From Deltaproteobacteria bacterium (GTDB lineage Bacteria; SAR324; NAC60-12), in contig JAYOTF010000003.1 of assembly GCA_038150265.1 (NCBI GenBank), positions 64,001 to 128,000 on the forward strand: a stretch of DNA of 64,000 bases, read 5' to 3'. Position numbers and translations under genes: made by a program. The number at the start of each line of letters is the position of its first letter. Positions within the stretch are counted from its first letter, which is position 1. Shown one piece after another: positions 60,676 to 64,000 of this stretch. The notes beneath the pieces were generated by a model. The model did not search any database. It was not told the origin of the DNA and saw only the letters and a list, made by a program, of their open reading frames with translations.

Positions 60676-61988
60676 CCGGCTTCCAGCCCCAGTCGAGACC
60701 AGAGGGGGTTCAGCCAATCGGAGAGGGGGGCGTCTTCGAGGGGGGGGAGTTCCACGCCTAGCAGCACGTCCAGGGGGTAGACGTCCTTGCCTTCGGCATC
60801 ACGGGTGCGGCCCCAGTTGAAGCCGTCCCGCCGGGCAAGGTCCAGGGCCGGGAATCCGGAAGGGCCCAGGGCCTTCCAGGTTTGTTGGAACCGGTGGAGG
60901 TACTCAAGCTGCTCAAAGCTGCCGAGACACGTCAGCCCATTTTCAAATGCCAGCAGGCTGAAGCAGATCAGCAGTCCGGGGCACAGCTCGTCACGCGCCA
61001 CGGCTTCTTCCAGCAGGTGCGGCAACAGGTGAATGGAGGTCCCGCGACCATTCAGGTAGCCTCCCTGGAGGCTCAGCGGGTCGAAGCGCCGCTTGTTCTT
61101 CTTGAGGATTTCCCCAAAAAACAGCGCCTGATCTGCATCAAATTGCTGAAAAGCCACCTCCTGAAACTCCGGATTGAGGAGCAACTGATGCAGCGGGTGA
61201 GCTGGGTTGGGAAGCACCTCGTCTCGGAAGACATCCAGCACGACGCGGTTGAGGTCGATGAACACCACGTCTGGAGCCTCCAGGATCACCTGCAGCTGCG
61301 CCTGAGCAAATTGGCACATCCAGGTCGTCAGAGACGCTCCGGACTTTGCCGGTGGCAACAGGTCCTGCAGAGGCGCCGTCAGGTGGGGCAGGAGGTAGAG
61401 CATGCGCTCCGGAATGCGGGAGCCAAACACCCGAGCGTCACGCCAGCCTCCGGGCACCACGGCAAACCGCTTTTCGTCTGAATCCCGAGCACGATCCTGC
61501 TCAGCCTGCTTCAGGTCACGAAAAGCAGGAGCTTTGGCAGTGATGACCTCCTCAAGCAGAAAGCGATCGCTCCAGTTCATGCATCCGGACCACGCCACAT
61601 TGGCAAAGGGCACTCCGGACCACGCCCCCACCCAATAGGTTTCTCCTGCTGGACGTCCCTGCAGCGCCAACCGATGCATGGCCAGAAAGCTCGGGCCTTC
61701 CGAAACCGTCAGGTGCGTCGCCGTCTGCATCAGCCGGGTCCGCTCCAGCGAATCCACATGCCGCTGCACGTCCGGCTCCGTCACGCCTTGCCGTTCCAGC
61801 TCCTTCCGGAGCGCTCGCTTGAGCCCATCTGTGAGAGCCGGGCTCTTGGGAGGCGGGTTCCACAGCGACGCAGCATAGGCATCCAGCGAGTCATCAGCAT
61901 GCTCCATGACCCACTGGGCCAGTTGAGGACGTTGCTGCTGCAAGAGGGCGTTGGCAAGCGGGGTCAGGCGTTTCTTTCGGGCAGGCAA
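60672..61988 (-). CDS. Hypothetical protein (438 aa)
   Basis: Long ORF with natural amino-acid composition, co-directional with the upstream ligase. Its stop overlaps the convergent kinase stop. No family recognised. Confidence 0.75.
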   Translation of the reverse strand: MPARKKRLTPLANALLQQQRPQLAQWVMEHADDSLDAYAASLWNPPPKSPALTDGLKRALRKELERQGVTEPDVQRHVDSLERTRLMQTATHLTVSEGPSFLAMHRLALQGRPAGETYWVGAWSGVPFANVAWSGCMNWSDRFLLEEVITAKAPAFRDLKQAEQDRARDSDEKRFAVVPGGWRDARVFGSRIPERMLYLLPHLTAPLQDLLPPAKSGASLTTWMCQFAQAQLQVILEAPDVVFIDLNRVVLDVFRDEVLPNPAHPLHQLLLNPEFQEVAFQQFDADQALFFGEILKKNKRRFDPLSLQGGYLNGRGTSIHLLPHLLEEAVARDELCPGLLICFSLLAFENGLTCLGSFEQLEYLHRFQQTWKALGPSGFPALDLARRDGFNWGRTRDAEGKDVYPLDVLLGVELPPLEDAPLSDWLNPLWSRLGLEAG

Positions 61989-62021
61989 GCGGTCACTTCA
62001 CAGAAAAAAGGGTCAACAAAA

Positions 62022-63638
62022 TCAGAGCTCTTTGGCCTGAGAGCGGAGTTCGTTCTTCCGGACCTTGCCGGTGGACGTTTTTGGCAACTCACTGAACACC
62101 ACCGTCCGAGGCACCTTGTAGCCGGCGAGCTTGGAGCGGCAGAAGGCGATGACGTCCTCCGTCGTCAGGCTGGCGCCCTCCCGGAGGGTCACAAACGCAC
62201 AGGGGTGCTCCCCCCACTTCTCGTCCGGACGCGCCACCACCGCGGCTTCCAGGATGTCCGGGTGCTGGTACAGCGCATTCTCGACCTCCACCGAGCTGAT
62301 GTTTTCCCCTCCGGAGATGATGATGTCCTTGGAGCGGTCCTTCAGTTCAATGTAGCCATCGGGGTGCAACACGCCGAGGTCTCCAGAGTGGAACCACCCC
62401 CCACGGAAGGCCTCTGCGGTCGCCTCCGGATTCTTCAGGTAGCCCTTCATGACGACATTCCCCTGAAAGAGCACCTCGCCCATCGTCTCGCCATCAGCCG
62501 GAACCGGCTCCAGGCTCTCCGGATCGGCCACCGTCAGCCCCTCCAGAACGTGGTAGCGCACCCCCTGCCGGCCCTTCTTGAGGGCCTGCTCCTCCGGATT
62601 CAACGCATTCCAGGAATCTTGCCAGTCGCACACCACCGACGGGCCATAGACCTCAGTCAGGCCATACACGTGGGTCACCTCAAAGCCAATGGACTGCATC
62701 CGGGCAATCACGGCAGGCGGTGGTGGCGCAGCGGCCGTCATGATCTTCACCGGCCCGGGCAGCTCGCGGACGTCTGACTCCGGAGCATTGCCAATCATGC
62801 CCATGACGATCGGAGCCCCGCAAAGGTGCGTCACCTGATGGTCGGCAATGGCGTGGTAAATGTTGGCGGCCGTTACCTTTCGCAGGCACACGTTGGTGCC
62901 AGCCAGCGCGGCCATGGTCCAGGGAAAGCACCACCCGTTGCAGTGAAACATGGGAAGCGTCCAGAGGTACACCGGGTGGTGCGGCAGCTCCCACGAAAGG
63001 ACGTTGCCCATCGCCAGCAGGTAAGCCCCACGGCCATGATAGACCACCCCCTTGGGACGCCCAGTGGTTCCGGAGGTGTAGTTCAGCGATACCGCCTGCC
63101 AGTCGTCTTCAGGCCAAATGGGGGCAAACTCGGGGTCGCCCTCGGCCAGCAGGTCCTCGTAGTTGAGGCTTCCGAGCAGCTCTCCGGATTCAGCCTGCGG
63201 GTCATCAATGTCCACCACCAGCAGTTTCTGAGACGTCAGGGCCAGGGCTTCCTTGATGACCGGGGAAAATTCCTTGTCGGTGATGAGGATCTTCGTCTCG
63301 CCGTGCTCAAAGATGTAGGCCAGGGTGTCGGCATCCAGGCGGATGTTGAGGGCGTTGAGCACCCCGCCCGCCATCTGCACCCCAAAGTGCGCCTCATACA
63401 GCTCCGGAATGTTCGGCGCCATCACCGCAACGGTGTCCCCCCGCCCCACGCCCTGCTTCTGCAGCGCCGATGCTAACCGGCGGCACCGGGTGTAGGTCTC
63501 GGCCCAGGTGCGCTGCACCGGTCCATGAATGACCGCCAGCCGGTCCGGATGCACGGCAGCCGCACGCTGGATGAAGCTGATGGGGGAAAGCGGGGCGTAG
63601 TTCGCCGAGGTTTGAGGCAGTTGTTCGTAGGCATTCAT
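62022..63638 (-). CDS. Short/medium-chain acyl-CoA synthetase (AMP-binding)
   Basis: ANYAPLSPISF, YTSGTTGRPKG, LPMFHCNGW, YGLTEVYG, HSGDLG, DRSKDIIISGGENISS, PKTSTGK. Start MNAYEQ at 63638. Confidence 0.93.
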   Translation of the reverse strand: MNAYEQLPQTSANYAPLSPISFIQRAAAVHPDRLAVIHGPVQRTWAETYTRCRRLASALQKQGVGRGDTVAVMAPNIPELYEAHFGVQMAGGVLNALNIRLDADTLAYIFEHGETKILITDKEFSPVIKEALALTSQKLLVVDIDDPQAESGELLGSLNYEDLLAEGDPEFAPIWPEDDWQAVSLNYTSGTTGRPKGVVYHGRGAYLLAMGNVLSWELPHHPVYLWTLPMFHCNGWCFPWTMAALAGTNVCLRKVTAANIYHAIADHQVTHLCGAPIVMGMIGNAPESDVRELPGPVKIMTAAAPPPPAVIARMQSIGFEVTHVYGLTEVYGPSVVCDWQDSWNALNPEEQALKKGRQGVRYHVLEGLTVADPESLEPVPADGETMGEVLFQGNVVMKGYLKNPEATAEAFRGGWFHSGDLGVLHPDGYIELKDRSKDIIISGGENISSVEVENALYQHPDILEAAVVARPDEKWGEHPCAFVTLREGASLTTEDVIAFCRSKLAGYKVPRTVVFSELPKTSTGKVRKNELRSQAKEL

Positions 63639-63784
63639 GGGCGACTCTTGGCAAACAGGCAGAGCAGGAAGCAACCTGAAGTGGCTGGTTCAGGAGAAAA
63701 CCGGACCTCATCATAACCGCACCGTCGGTTTGGAGCAATGCGGAAACCCCACTCTTCCGAGCGCGTTTTTTCGGGAAAAGCGGC

Positions 63785-63798
63785 TTGACTTCAGTCAA
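63785..63798. promoter_or_regulatory. Palindromic operator candidate TTGAC-N4-GTCAA (FNR/CRP-family-like)
   Basis: TTGACTTCAGTCAA between divergent genes. Confidence 0.45.
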
Positions 63799-63927
63799 CG
63801 ACCTGCCAAGTTACAGTGTTATTCAAAATGGTCCCGGTTTCCTCCTTCTTCCTCCCGCCAGCCTGGAGGGCCCGGAGACTCCTCTCCTGCAGTGCAACAC
63901 CACCTTTTATCCGTCGGAGGCCCCTGG

Positions 63928-64000
63928 ATGCAAATACGTTGGAGCATGGTTTTGGTTGGACTGTTCCTGGGGCTGTCTTCCTGTGCCTCAGGGTGGAATG
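63928..64000 (+). CDS. Putative lipoprotein (partial, runs off the window)
   Basis: GGAGG RBS, then MQIRWSMVLVGLFLGLSSCASGWN with an LSSC lipobox. Confidence 0.55.
   Translation, partial: MQIRWSMVLVGLFLGLSSCASGWN

Overview
A GC-rich (roughly 60-63% by eye) bacterial chromosomal segment with a deltaproteobacteria-like gene set. A SAR324-type lineage is plausible but is only my inference. Most of the window is housekeeping: partial pobA, argC, yggS, a metY-family sulfhydrylase, mutM, rsmH, ybeY, pyk, ruvA, ssb, smc, hisD, trpS, rpmA/rplU, pntAB, the rimP-nusA-infB-rbfA-truB-rpsO-pnp operon, argF, gltA, fliM, rlmD and fumC. It also holds two ABC transporter clusters, signalling kinases and acyl-CoA ligases. 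I found no rRNA, tRNA, CRISPR array or transposase. Four things the ORF track does not show: (1) two adjacent selenoprotein genes that the track splits or truncates at in-frame UGA codons, a PrdB/GrdB-like protein (UGLC, 2654-3463) and an ArsC/thioredoxin-fold protein (UTSC, 2239-2586); each has a SECIS-like hairpin, no prdA/grdE partner is nearby, and the second overlaps the argC start; (2) a window-wide, roughly ten-fold over-representation of the palindrome TCCGGA (HIP1-like), absent from a lower-GC 1.9-kb islet; (3) a 97-aa membrane protein that looks like a stand-alone FliF C-terminal (FliG-binding) tail; (4) a DppC permease carrying an inserted lobe resembling a solute-binding protein.
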